Origin: the human T2T-CHM13v2.0 reference genome, Homo sapiens
Length of the DNA: 64,000 bases
NCBI RefSeq assembly: GCF_009914755.1
Contig: NC_060930.1
Direction: 5' to 3' (one strand)
The translations under genes were made by a program, and so were the position numbers. The notes under the pieces were generated by a model. That model was not told the origin of the DNA. It searched no databases and saw nothing but the letters and a program-made list of their open reading frames with translations. Shown here one piece after another: positions 1 through 12,965 of this stretch (position 1 is its first letter; every line of letters starts with the position of its first letter).

Positions 1-719
1 TAGACTTTAATTAAATACCCTTTGTCATTCAGTTAATATATCTGTCTATTTAAATTAGTTTGTCTTTAAAATAGAGCTACTAGGTAATTAGGTTCAGTGC
101 CACATCCTGGATTAATAAGAAGTTTCTAATTTAAGACCACGTCATTGGCAAACTTTGCATTAAACATGTGTTCAGGAATGTTCAATACATTAAGTCTTCA
201 GTACTCTCTACTTCTCTACTTTGAAGCAATCATGATTTTAAAAAATTGAACAATGATAGAGTTTTTATTATGTATTATTTGATAAAACCTTTGTAAGTTA
301 GGAAGCATAGTACTAAAATGAGCAGTCACAAATCCTCCAAGTCTCAGAACTAGAATTTTACCAACACTGTTGTGTTTCTCTTAGAACAATCTCACAATCT
401 TACTCTCTTACCTTTTCCCAAAGTTAACCACAATGCTAATTTTATAATTTATTTTTTTAAATGGCAATTCCAGGTTCAGATTTAAGACTTCTGTTTTCAC
501 ATTCTATTTTCTTTACTTCTAATCATTTTGCTGAAAGTGACCTTCCATGGAGTAAATGACTGGATTGGCTTTCACTAGCCTTGTCCACACACAAGAGAGT
601 CAAAGAATGGTACCTTTACGATTTCTAGAGGGGTTCCAAGAAGGAATGAAGGAAACTGTTAGTTCATATTGTTGTCTAAACTCTGCTGTTTTCCTGTTGT
701 TTCTGTATTACTGGCTCCA

Positions 720-822
720 AATATCAGCCTCTAGAAAGTTCATCTTTATATCCCTAACACTTAGAATAGTGCCTGGGACACAGTAAATGTTCAGCCAGTG
801 TCCATTATATTTAATAAATGTC
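720..822 (+). mobile_element. L2 3'-end fragment
   Basis: 'cttagaatagtgcctgggacacagtaaatgttc...aataaatg' resembles the L2 3' terminus; degraded. Confidence 0.55.
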
Positions 823-1093
823 ATAGAAAAAATTAGATGGAAGATTGTTTCCATACCATTTCATTTAAGATGTTTGACCATGTGAAGTGAAACAGTGAAG
901 AGAGTGTGTATGTTAAACCATGAATTACATGAAGCCTCTAGCAGGTGCACCAGATCCATGATCTGGGTTGGTTCCCATGCCAACCCAGTGACACCCAGGA
1001 AAGGTCCGCGGGGAGACATAATGTCAGCCAACTGTGTTGGGCTGGAGATCTCTCCTCCCTGTAATCCTCACTATCACCCACCTGTCAGAAAGC

Positions 1094-1345
1094 CAGCATG
1101 GCATTGTGATTAGGAGCATGGACTCTGGAGTCCACCTTCCTGGATTTAGGTCCCACCTCAGCCACTAACCAGCTGTGTGACCTTGGGCAAGTTACATACC
1201 CACTCTGTGCCCCCAGTTATGGGAAATGGGGATATAGTACTTACCTCATAGGAGTGTTTTGAGGATTAAATGAACACAGATATATAAATGTCTTAGAACT
1301 GTGATTGGCACATCCTAAGTGCAGTGTAACAGTTTGCTTTTATTT
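1094..1345 (+). mobile_element. MIR SINE, near full length
   Basis: MIR core 'agctgtgtgaccttgggcaagttac...ctctgtgccccagtt...aaatgggga...acctcatagg...gaggattaaatga'. Confidence 0.9.
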
Positions 1346-2224
1346 TATGTGTCTTAAGGTTTTTTTTACTGTGTTCATATTTTCAGTTGGATATCACCAC
1401 CTTTGGGATATTGATTTCTGACAATCGGTTTCCAACAGGGGGAGTGGAAGGTCCTTCTTCTCAGGCAGCCCCTGGTATGGCTCTCAGGCCCTGGAAATGC
1501 CCTCCTGCTGGCATTTGCCTTGTGCCCCTGCCCTTTCTGAAGTGCCCTTGCAGGCTTTTCCACAGGAACAGCCCTCAGTTTAAATACCTCGTTAGCCATC
1601 GCTTTTGCCAAAAGCTTCTGAGCTCACAGGAGGTTGGCTCTACTTCTCAAAGGTGTAAACAGAAGTGGCATGGAGGTGTTTACCTTTAAGCCTGATCAAG
1701 TCGTTATCAGGACAAATATGCCAAGGGAAAGAATTCACTCGATACGTATGAAGTAGAGTTGTGCAAAAACAAAGCTGTGCACTGGGCCTGCCCAAGTGGA
1801 CACTTCCCTGGTCCCCTCCTGGCCCAGAGAGAGCTGGAAGGCTGGTGGTGGTTTGATGATTGAGCCATTTCTGTGGTTTCAATGTGAATCTGATCAGACA
1901 AGCCTTCCCACCTCCATGAGTGAAAGTAGACAGCCCTTGCTGGGTTAGACTCTCCTCACACAAAGAGGAAAAAGGGGAAGCTGCCAGGATCCTCGAGGGG
2001 GTAGGGGAGCTTGGTTTGCAGGCACATTGGGAGGGCCAACTGGACAACAGTGGCCCACCTATGTCACAGGTTGCTGTTAAGAGCAAGTGAACTGTTTGAT
2101 AGGTGGTGGACATGTTGGGCTCAGCGTTGGACCAAGAGAGGACACTGGGAGAGGTCCCTGGGGAAGGGGAGTGTTTCATCACTGACATTTCTTCCTTTCA
2201 TCTGTCCTTGGCGATGCTAGATAA

Positions 2225-2590
<366 letters not shown>

Positions 2591-3394
2591 TGATGGATTT
2601 AAATTCCTTCCAGCTGGTGAACTCGCTTATGGCCTGCACCCAGTAGACGGCTCCCACTTTGCTACCCATGGCATGCTCTGGATTGGATCAGATGATCATG
2701 GTTTTAAGAAAAGCCCAATCTGAGGGTACAGTTGTATCACCATGATGGACATTGGTTCTTCTAAGAGTATAACTATTACTTCTTGATGCTCCTGATTCTG
2801 GGTTATGTGCTCAGAGAATGTTTGAACGGGCATCCTCAGCTTTTAGGAGATAAAATAGATTTTCATATTGCAACAAAAGGGGTATAAATATTATATTTTC
2901 CTTATTCTCCAATCTTGAAAATAAAATTTTGATAGTTTTAAAAAAATGTGTTCTGCATTGTTCATTGATATCAGTTGTTTTGTTACAAGAGCTAGAGAAT
3001 CACCAAGTTGTCTAAGTAAGCTGAAACAGATTGTTGAAAAACCCTGACACTGTGCTATTCAACCGAAACCATTATTTTCTATTTTAGCCTGGAGCTAACC
3101 CAAATCATCTATAACATTATCTCTAGCTCTGAAATTTTATATGTGCTTGCACGTGTGATGCTTCCTCACTCCCACTCATTTTTTCCATGTAAAACATGGA
3201 GAGATCATTGATATTTTTATTGTGTTTTATCTAAATAATCTCTGGAGATCTGAGGCCAAACTTTCTGTAGATGAGCAACTTATGTCTGCTAAGGTGGTGT
3301 TTTTATCGTATTTTTCCTTTTTTGGAAGTCTACACAGAAAATGGACAGTTAATTGGAGAGAGGTTGAGCCGTTATGAGTGAATCATTTCCGCAT

Positions 3395-3447
3395 GTGATG
3401 CGACTGGTTGTACAGTGAGGTGATGCGACTGGTTGTACAGTGAGGTG
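3395..3447. repeat. Perfect 25-bp tandem duplication
   Basis: gtgatgcgactggttgtacagtgag at 3395-3419 and 3420-3444, followed by gtg. Confidence 0.95.
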
Positions 3448-3559
3448 CTGGTCAAGAGGAGGCCCCATCTGCCTTGCTGGCCTGATCTCCTGCACTCCCA
3501 CCGACCCTCTGATTCAGACAAGCTGTTCTCATTACTGCTCTGTGCAGCCCTGGACCCTT

Positions 3560-3925
3560 CCCACCTTAGTTCAAATTGTTCCTGCACCTAGAATCACTTC
3601 CTCCATTACTTGCCTTTTCCCCTTCCTGCCAAAACCCTACCACTTCCACCTGTAGAAATTTACCTGTAGTAATTATACCTAACACAAATGTCACCTCTTC
3701 CAGGAAGTCCTCAGTGCCTACCCCAGTTGGGAATGAGTGAAGGGGACTCATTCTTGATATTACTTTAGCCCCTATTTTTTGCACCATTCCTAAAGCTCGA
3801 TAGCACCGATGCTTAGAATTGTTTCTTTCTATCTATCTATCTGTCTACCTACCTACCTACCTACATATTATCCATCTATCTTACTTCTCTTATTAGATTA
3901 TAAGCAACTAGAGGTGCATGGCTGG
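3560..3925 (+). mobile_element. L2 fragment with internal (TCTA)/(CCTA) microsatellite
   Basis: 'aaatgtcacctcttccaggaagtcctc' and 'tagattataagcaactagagg' are L2 3'-region motifs; tetranucleotide repeat at about 3828-3880. Confidence 0.6.
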
Positions 3926-4257
3926 GTCCTGAAGATAGCTTTCCTGGTTCAAGAGTGGGGCCAAGTTCAGAGGGTGGGGCAGAGAAGACTTGAGCTCAGA
4001 GAGTACATCGCAATTGTTGATTAAGCAAGGCAAACTTTTTTTTTCATAACTTGATCAGTTCTTTCCATGGGACATTCCCACTGAAACTACTTCACAGAAA
4101 GAAAGCTTGCAAAAAAAGTGCACGATCTTCTTGATGTTCTGAGAGTTGCGGTTTTCTGGGAAATTGTTTCAAAATATAAACTTGGCCTCTGATAGTAGCC
4201 AGTTGGAGATGTTTGGTTTGAATGCCTGTAGTAAAGTGAGGACACCTAACGTCTATA

Positions 4258-5050
<793 letters not shown>

Positions 5051-5887
5051 TTCAAAATAATTTTAGAGTGAATCCAGGCAAGATGTGATAGCATGCCAGT
5101 GAAAGACCTGGACCTGGTAGCTATAAGCATGCTGATTACATTTTTAATCATATTTTTCTCTCTGGGCAGCATTTTGATGTGATTCTCTTGCAGGGTATAT
5201 CAAATACAGTGTGTTGTTGCACAGAAGCAAAGTAAACCCTGCTATCTCAGCCCTTCTTTAATCAACTCATTCTTTAGAAATATTGGTTTTTCTCCCTGCT
5301 GACACTCTGTATGCAATTCATGCTGGTCTTGTTTTTTGCAAAAGATTGTTCTGCCTTACAAAACGGCAGCGTTGATGCACAGTGTCTGACTAGGAGCCTT
5401 GGGCAGTGCATTATTTGTCCGTGAGGCTCATCTTCATAAGAGAAATACCTTTAAAATGGGATGAAATATGTTTTTCCCCCTGAACTGGTGATGTGCTTTC
5501 TTTTACATAAAATCACAGTGGGAAAATGGCAAAGTGAACTTAGGCTCACAGTAATGATGATGATGATGGGCCTTGCTGAGACATAGTGCAGCTCTTTAAA
5601 CCATTTCATGATTATTACCAGCTAATTCCTAGAGTCCCTCTGCTAGAAGGGCAATTTTTATTGTTGCTGTCGAAATTACATAGAAGTGGCTCAGGAGGTT
5701 TGACGGTGGGTAAAGCCCCTTTGCATCCGTGGACCTTCCATGTTGTATGTGTGCACATGGGTAGGTGTGCACACGCTTGCTACATGAGGAAGCCAGACTT
5801 CTCTGTTTTGGGGAACTTTAAGATGCATGACTTAGTGCTCTTTTGATTTCTATTTGTGATCTCAAATCTTTCTGTGTAGTTAAAAAT

Positions 5888-6567
5888 AGACATGGAGTCA
5901 ACCTACATGCCCATCAGGGGTAGACTAGATAAAGAAAATGTAGTACGTAAACACCATGGAATACTATGCAGCCACAAAAAAGAACAATATGTCCTTTGCA
6001 TCAACATGGATGGAGCTGGAGGCCATTATCCTAAGCAAACTAACACAGGAACAGAAAACCGAATACCTCATGTTTTAACTTATAAGTGGGAGCTAAACAA
6101 TGAGAACACACAGACACAAAGAGGGGAACAATAGACACTGGGGCCTTCTTGAGGGTAGGGGGTGCGGGGAGGGAGAGGATCAGAAAAAAATGCCTATTGG
6201 GTACTAGGCGTAGTACCTGGGTGACAAAATAATCTGTGTACCAAACTCGCATGACACGAGGTTATTTATATATATATGTATATATACGTATATATATATG
6301 TGTATATATATACATATATATACACATATATATATACGTATATATACATTATACGTATATATACACACATATATACGTATATATACACACATATATACGT
6401 ATATATACATATATATGTATACACATATACATATATATACGTATATATACATATATATGTATATGTGTATATATACATATATTTATATATACACACACAA
6501 ATAGAGGTATATAACAAATCTGCATACGTACCCCTGAACCTTAAATAAAAGTTAAAAGAAAAAAAAA
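5888..6567 (+). mobile_element. L1 3' end (L1PA13-16-like), 5'-truncated
   Basis: 'ggaatactatgcagcc', 'atggatggagctggaggccattatcctaagcaaactaac', 'acttataagtgggagctaaacaatgagaacac'; ends with aataaa and a poly-A tail. Confidence 0.92.
6266..6500. repeat. Compound (TA/CA/TG) alternating purine-pyrimidine microsatellite inside the L1 3' UTR
   Basis: About 235 bp of tatatacgtata / tatacaca / tatatg units; source of the YIYI ORFs. Confidence 0.95.
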
Positions 6568-6905
6568 TTCTTCATTTTTATTAGAAAATTTTCTAGGGGA
6601 AAAAAAACCAGTTTTTCCTCTAATATTTTACAAAGAAATAATCCTTTCGGGCAATCAAAAATTTTTCCAGCATTTACACTGCAATTACCATGGGCGATTT
6701 TTGTGATTTACAGTAAGGTAATAAATGGTAAGTTTTTCTTAAAAAAATAAAAATAAAAATAAGGCACCCAAGGGATCTGGGGTGCAAACACAATTGAAGA
6801 AAACCATGACCAGAAGCCCTCCCTTTGAAAACTGCCTACTAAATTACAATTCCGGATAGTGAAGCTGATAGAAGTGAGAAGATTTGGTTTATTTAAAAAT
6901 AATAG

Positions 6906-7140
<235 letters not shown>

Positions 7141-7736
7141 TTAGGTAGATGTTGGAATTATAGACTCTTGGACCTAGACATGAACCTGAGGCCCTGAGCC
7201 TGATCACTCGTGAACTTGTACAACAGCATTGGGAGGTTTGGGCCTGGGGGTGCCTGTGGTGCCCTGTACTGCAGCAGGGACTGAGCTTCGTGCACATGGG
7301 AGGCTTCATCCTCTGCACACACCCGGGATCCACCCCTGGGAGGCAGTTTTGTTGGAGGAAAGGTCTCCACGAGGAAGTATAGGAGCAAGACAGTTTGGAA
7401 TGTGATTTCTCTCATCCTGCTGGTATCTTTCTTTGTATGTAAAAATTTCCTTTCTGAGTCTTAGCCCAAACGTGATTTCTTTAGATTTTTCCCATGTGTT
7501 TATGTGGTTAGATTTTTGTTTTCATTTTTCTTCTGGCTTTATGGTTTTTCTCCCTGTCCCACTTTTCCCACATTGATTTTGCATTTCTGGCAGAGATGGG
7601 CAGAGCCCCAGTGACTGACTCTTAAAAGGCTAAATCTTTTTAAAAATTATATAATTTAAAACCTACCCTTGTATCTCCCCTATTTCTGATTTTTTTTTTT
7701 TTTTGAAGGGAAAAAAATCTATAAAGAATGCTTCTA

Positions 7737-8119
<383 letters not shown>

Positions 8120-8554
8120 TTATCATTCCATGCTATTAGTTCAGTGAGTTGCCCTGGGCCTCTGTATGACAGTCTCTAGGTGTGTTCTTGGTGACTGCTA
8201 AGAGAAACAAGGCTCTCCCATATGTAAGGGAGTCGGCCTGCTGGTATATCCAATCGCGTCACTACACCGGTACCTGTGAACTTGGCCGTATGGTAGACAC
8301 TCAGCCATGGCTTCAGTATTTCAATTCCGTTAAACTTGCCAAGCACAGCATCTCCTACCTGTATTATCTTGGGCAGTCGACAAATTTCTGGCTGACACCT
8401 CTTCACATAAAATGAAGCAATGGATAAGACAAATGTGAATATTCTTTCTAGCTATGAAATTCTAAAATTCGAATTCTCACTTCTGTGTGTATGTTTTTAA
8501 TTGTCCAAGTTAGATCTTGAATCATTTATATAGATATTTCCATTCTCACTTCCA

Positions 8555-8810
8555 TGAGCACATGTTGAGCACCTACCAAGTGCTAGGGCTGGGGGTCCAG
8601 AGATAGGAGATGCTGAGACAGGGAGAGAGAGAATCAGAACAGACCTGTGAACAGGGTGGCAGAGGAAGCCTGACGATGCTGCAGGAGCTCACAGGGAGCC
8701 CGAGGGAAGAGCCCTTCCCAGAGGAGGTCGTGCTGGAAGGGAAGTGTCAAAGAGAAATATGATTTAACCAGGCAGAGAAGGAAGGCAGGGCAGGCGTGGC
8801 GAGGATGGGT
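8555..8810 (-). mobile_element. L2 fragment
   Basis: 'atgttgagcacctaccaagtgctaggggctggggg...cttcccagaggaggt' is an antisense L2 3' region. Confidence 0.6.
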
Positions 8811-9479
8811 GAGACCCAGAGAACAGGATGTGTAAAGGGAAGAAAACAGAAGGAAGTGTGGTGAGCTGAGAACTGGGCCTCATATGAGGTGAGGAGACGC
8901 AGGAGGATGCAGGAGGTGGGCTGGGGAGGCACCTATGGCAGTGGCTGCTGTTGCCTGCAGGCCTGAGCCCAGCTACAGCATTGGTAGGTGTTAGCAGCAC
9001 TTTTGCAAGTGAAGATGCTGAAACATAGAAAGATTCAGCAACTACTGGACACATAAGTAATAATTAAAAGAGCAAACTTTGAACTTGGGTCTTTGTGACA
9101 CCAAACCTTAAGCTCTTCCTCTCTGTCTCCCCACGCTGTCCCTAAGGCTGGGGGATGTAGAAGAACCCCTTTGACCCCGGCCCTGGCCACCTTGCCGGGA
9201 GTGTGAGTATCATCCTGGAGGACATGGGGCTGATCTCAGAAGGATTTCAGGCAGGAGGGAGATGCAGTTGGGTAGAGAGGTTGAAGGGAAAATGAGACCA
9301 GGTGCAGGTCAGCTGATCCATTCTGCTGGGTGACTCAGTTCCAGCGCGGTCCTAGTGAGGGCCTGGGTGGCATTTGGAGTCTCACTGACCTGGTCTTCTG
9401 TCTACTATTTCTTTGCAAACCTGTAAGGACTAAAGAAAATCCAAAATAAAGAAAAAAGTGATATCAACTTGTAGTAGTT

Positions 9480-9668
9480 ACTAAACCTTCACTACATGCC
9501 CTTGGTGAGCATTATGCCATTTAATCCTCATGACAACCCTCTTAAGTAGAAATGATTAATATCCTTCATGTACAGACGCTGACTGGCCTAAGGCCATACA
9601 GTCTGTGCATGGCGGAACTGGGATGAAGCCCCAGGTCAGAGCACTTAACCTCTATGCATACTGCCTTC
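9480..9668 (-). mobile_element. MIR SINE
   Basis: 'catttaatcctcatgacaaccct...cctaaggccatacag...cttaacctctatgc'. Confidence 0.8.
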
Positions 9669-11782
9669 CAGCAGCACAAGGATTCATGCATGGTTGGAAT
9701 CAGAGCTTTTCTAAATCTCATGATTGTCGTTGTTATTTTTAGTACTATTATTATTAGGCAGAGGCAAGAGCTAAAGGGAGATGTCAGGACCCAGACTGGC
9801 AGCCTCGGCAGCCTCATGACTGGCAGCCAAGGTGTTGTTTTCCTGCTGTGCCCTCTCCCATCCAGGCAGGTCCCCCGGAGCTGCTCTTTCTCCAGCCCCT
9901 TCCAGGTCTCAGAGGCTCTCACAGGAGGCCCCCACCCCTCCCCAGCTCCAAGATGCCCTGGACTGGGAGCCATGTGCTGGAGATCATCCCCTCTGCTGCC
10001 TGATGGCTGTGGACTCTTTCTCAGGAGTGGTTTCTACTCACATGCAGCCCAGGTGGGACCTGAGAATCCAAGCCATCCCTCCCAGAGAGAAGGCATCCCG
10101 TACCCACCACGCAACCCCACCCACATTCCGGGAGGCCTCCCTTCCCAGAGGCAGCACCCACTTCTTTCCAGCCAGACCTTGCCTGGCATTTGGCACCAAC
10201 TTGCTTCTTAATTGTAGTGGGAGGCGGGTATGAAAGGAAGTTTGGTTTGGAGAAAATGGCTGATCTTCTCTACTCCACTGTGATCAGACTCCAGGCCTGG
10301 GAATCTCCTGGCAGGGAGCCCACGGAGCCGGGTTTCTCCCCGACTTGAACTCAATCGAGGATTTCAGGGCATTCTCTTTGGGAGTCCTTGCATCTGAAAT
10401 CCACTCGCCCTGTGGTCCAAACAACCCTCAATTTGCGTTGCTTCTAGGAGAGGGTGTGTCTGTTTAACAGGCACCATCATCCTATAGGGACAGTCAGAAA
10501 ATTTAATCTGAAACTCAAGATGTCTGAAGAGCATACCCTTTTTAGGGGTACTTTAGAGCTTAATTTTTAAATCTCAGATGGCCACAAGGCTTCTTTCATT
10601 GCAAAGTGTACCTGGCTTTGCAGAGGAGAATTGCATTTTCCTTGTAGCCCTCTTTCCCTCAAGGGTCGCTGGTTCATAAAATGTCCTATCAGTACTCACT
10701 ACCAGTTTAGTATTTGTCTGTCTTTAGGCAGGTTAGAGCACTGCTGTCTGTAGGGCTGATTGGACCTCACAGACGTGTCTTTAAGAAGAGCATACACGTT
10801 TGCATGAATGGGCTTATCTGCCAGGCGCAGGGCACCCCGCCCCCCTTCCCAGGAGTTTGCATTCTGAGCCGCGGTGTGGAGGTGCCTTAGTGTCGCTGGT
10901 GTGTCTGCAGCAATCATGCCACCCATTTAATTTCCATAGATTAATTGAGTATGTGTATTTCGTGAGCACAAGGAAGAGTTGTTACTCTGTTTTTAATGGA
11001 TTTACAAGATAACCTGATGCTGTGCGGTTTGTTTACTGTAGCGGCTTTATGGTGTTTTGTACCAGTAAACGGGCTTCCATCAGCAGATCTGTCTGGAATA
11101 AAGATGTTTGCAAATCGAGGGTGTAAGCAACCTGCCTCATCCGATTAACAACTATTCCTGAAAACTCACAGGGAATCTCAGCTTGCTCATTTGAGTTTTA
11201 TTCCCACTTTTCTCACATAGGAATATTTAGAATTGAAATTTTTAGAAAATGAAAACATTACTGGAGGCTTAAATTGTAATGTGAACCCGATACATAGAAC
11301 AAACTCATGCGCAATCACTTCCTTCGTAAACGTTGTAGTAGCATTTATGCTGCACCAGAGAAAATCCCGACAAGAAGTGTTGGTTTTGAAATCTGCAAGA
11401 AAAATGGACAGGTTTTTTAAAACACCTTTTTATTCTTTCAGTTGTTTTTTTTTTGAATGTTTTTATTGTTGTTTTTATTGAATGTTTAAAAAACGTTGTT
11501 CTCATTTCTTAGAAGTTTTAAATTTTAGAATGCTCTTTGTTGAGGCACTGGGTGTAGGTGCAGTCTCGATTCTGAATTGGAGGGTGGTGGTTATTCATAG
11601 GGAGAGGCTGAATTAGATATGTTTAGAACCCAAGATGTGACCCAGCCGCTCTCCACCAGGCACACCGTGTGGCAGATCTGCAGATGTCTGAGATAAGAAC
11701 CGCAATGCGTGGCCTCTTACAGCAGTGGGGAGGGGAGGAACCTGGGTTTTCCTCCCAGGATGCGGGGAAGCTACTGCAGGGT

Positions 11783-11855
11783 TTGTGTTTGTTTGAGACA
11801 GGGTCTCACTCTGTCACCCAGGCTGGAGTGCAGTGGCGTGATCATGGCTCACTGC
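11783..11855 (-). mobile_element. Short Alu right-arm 3' fragment (AluJ-like)
   Basis: 'gagacagggtctcactctgtcacccaggctggagtgcagtggcgtgatcatggctcactgc' only; heavily 5'-truncated. Confidence 0.85.
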
Positions 11856-11859
11856 TATG

Positions 11860-12170
11860 GGAGTGGGGAAGATTGGGTGTGTGGCATTAGAAGCTCGCTC
11901 TGGCTGCTGAGAGAAGAAAGGATTAGCTGGGAAGAGTGGCAGAAGGAGACAAGTTAGGGACTGCTACCGTAACTGGAGAGAGAGGACAGTCATGGGGAAA
12001 TGAGGGATGTGGACAGACCTGGGAGGTGGAATCTTCTGATGTTGGTGGGATGGGATGGTGGAGTGGGAGAAAGGGAGAGATCAAGGGTGACCCCCCTCAG
12101 TTTCTAGATAGAGAAACACGATGGACGCTCATGCCATTTACCGGAATGGGGAAGCTGGTTGGGCGAGGGG
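11860..12170 (-). mobile_element. L2 fragment
   Basis: Purine-rich 'gatcaagggtgac...cagtttcta...atgccatttaccggaatggggaag' resembles antisense L2. Confidence 0.5.
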
Positions 12171-12409
12171 GGAACAGGTCTTTTATGGGCAGAGGAAGAG
12201 AATGCGTGAAAAATTATAAGGGTCTCACAAATTACTGTGGGTGTCTCTAAACAGATATAAGCGTTGTTCATTCACGGTTTTCCAATTCTGTTTTAAATGC
12301 TTGAATCTGAATTAAGAGAATCACTTGGGTAATTTTATCTGCTTAATATTTGAAAAGTAATTAAGCCAGCATGTATTCCACATACGGATGCACACACTCC
12401 TCAAGCCAC

Positions 12410-12790
12410 CGGGTCAGCAGGCAATGAAGAAGCGCAGATGTGATCCTTGGCCTTGAAAAGCTTTTACTCTAATTAGGGAGGCAAGGTATATCTACATGAA
12501 ACCGTCAACTAATTATCACTTGTAATTATCTAGAAAATTCTTAAGGCAACCTATAATTAAGCATAATGTAACATGAATTGTGTATGAGATGCTGAAAGCA
12601 CGAATACACAGGAGAATTTCTGGCACAAGGATGAAGTCAAGGAAGGTCTCTTGGAGAAGTTGAGTCTTGACTTGAACTTTGAAGGAAGTGTCATTATTGC
12701 CTTGTAGAGAAGACAAGGAGCGTAAGGCCAGTGGGTGAAGAAGCGGGGAGGGCAGGAAAGGGAATGAATGAAGCCACAGAGGGAGGGCCA
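12410..12790 (-). mobile_element. L2 fragment
   Basis: 'gtcaaggaaggtctcttggagaagttgagtcttgacttgaactttgaagga'. Confidence 0.6.
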
Positions 12791-12834
12791 GCAGATCTCA
12801 GGGCAGTAGTGATAAGACTAATGGCGCAGCTATT

Positions 12835-12965
12835 GTTCTGCCAGTTGTTGAATGCCTATCAATACCAGGCACTTTGGAGGGAGCTCTGCAACAGTTATCT
12901 TATTTAACTATTAAAATAATGTTGCAAGATAAGTATCCCTATTTTGCATATAAGAGAAACAAAGC
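12835..12965 (-). mobile_element. MIR fragment
   Basis: 'ttgaatgcctatcaataccaggcactt...atcttatttaa...atccctattttgcatataagagaaac'. Confidence 0.6.

Noticed and set aside
1094-1345. Pol III A/B-box-like sequence in MIRs and Alus as tRNA or 7SL genes
   Set aside because: SINE-derived; no cloverleaf or SRP S-domain
6204-6548. YIYIYV-rich ORFs, and the PSLP/EGRK-rich ORFs at 44608-45227
   Set aside because: Stop-free frames of simple repeats
8176-8415. Overlapping antiparallel 76/77-aa ORFs with protein-like composition and several CpGs
   Set aside because: Both start at GTG, show no recognisable domain and have no convincing splice-site pair; tBLASTn or PhyloCSF would be needed to revive them
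9654-10211. 185-aa ORF, and similarly 1640-2188 (182 aa), 15047-15553 (168 aa) and 32367-32990 (207 aa)
   Set aside because: GC-rich chance ORFs, some starting in or running through MIR/L2 sequence; S/P/L-rich with no recognisable homology
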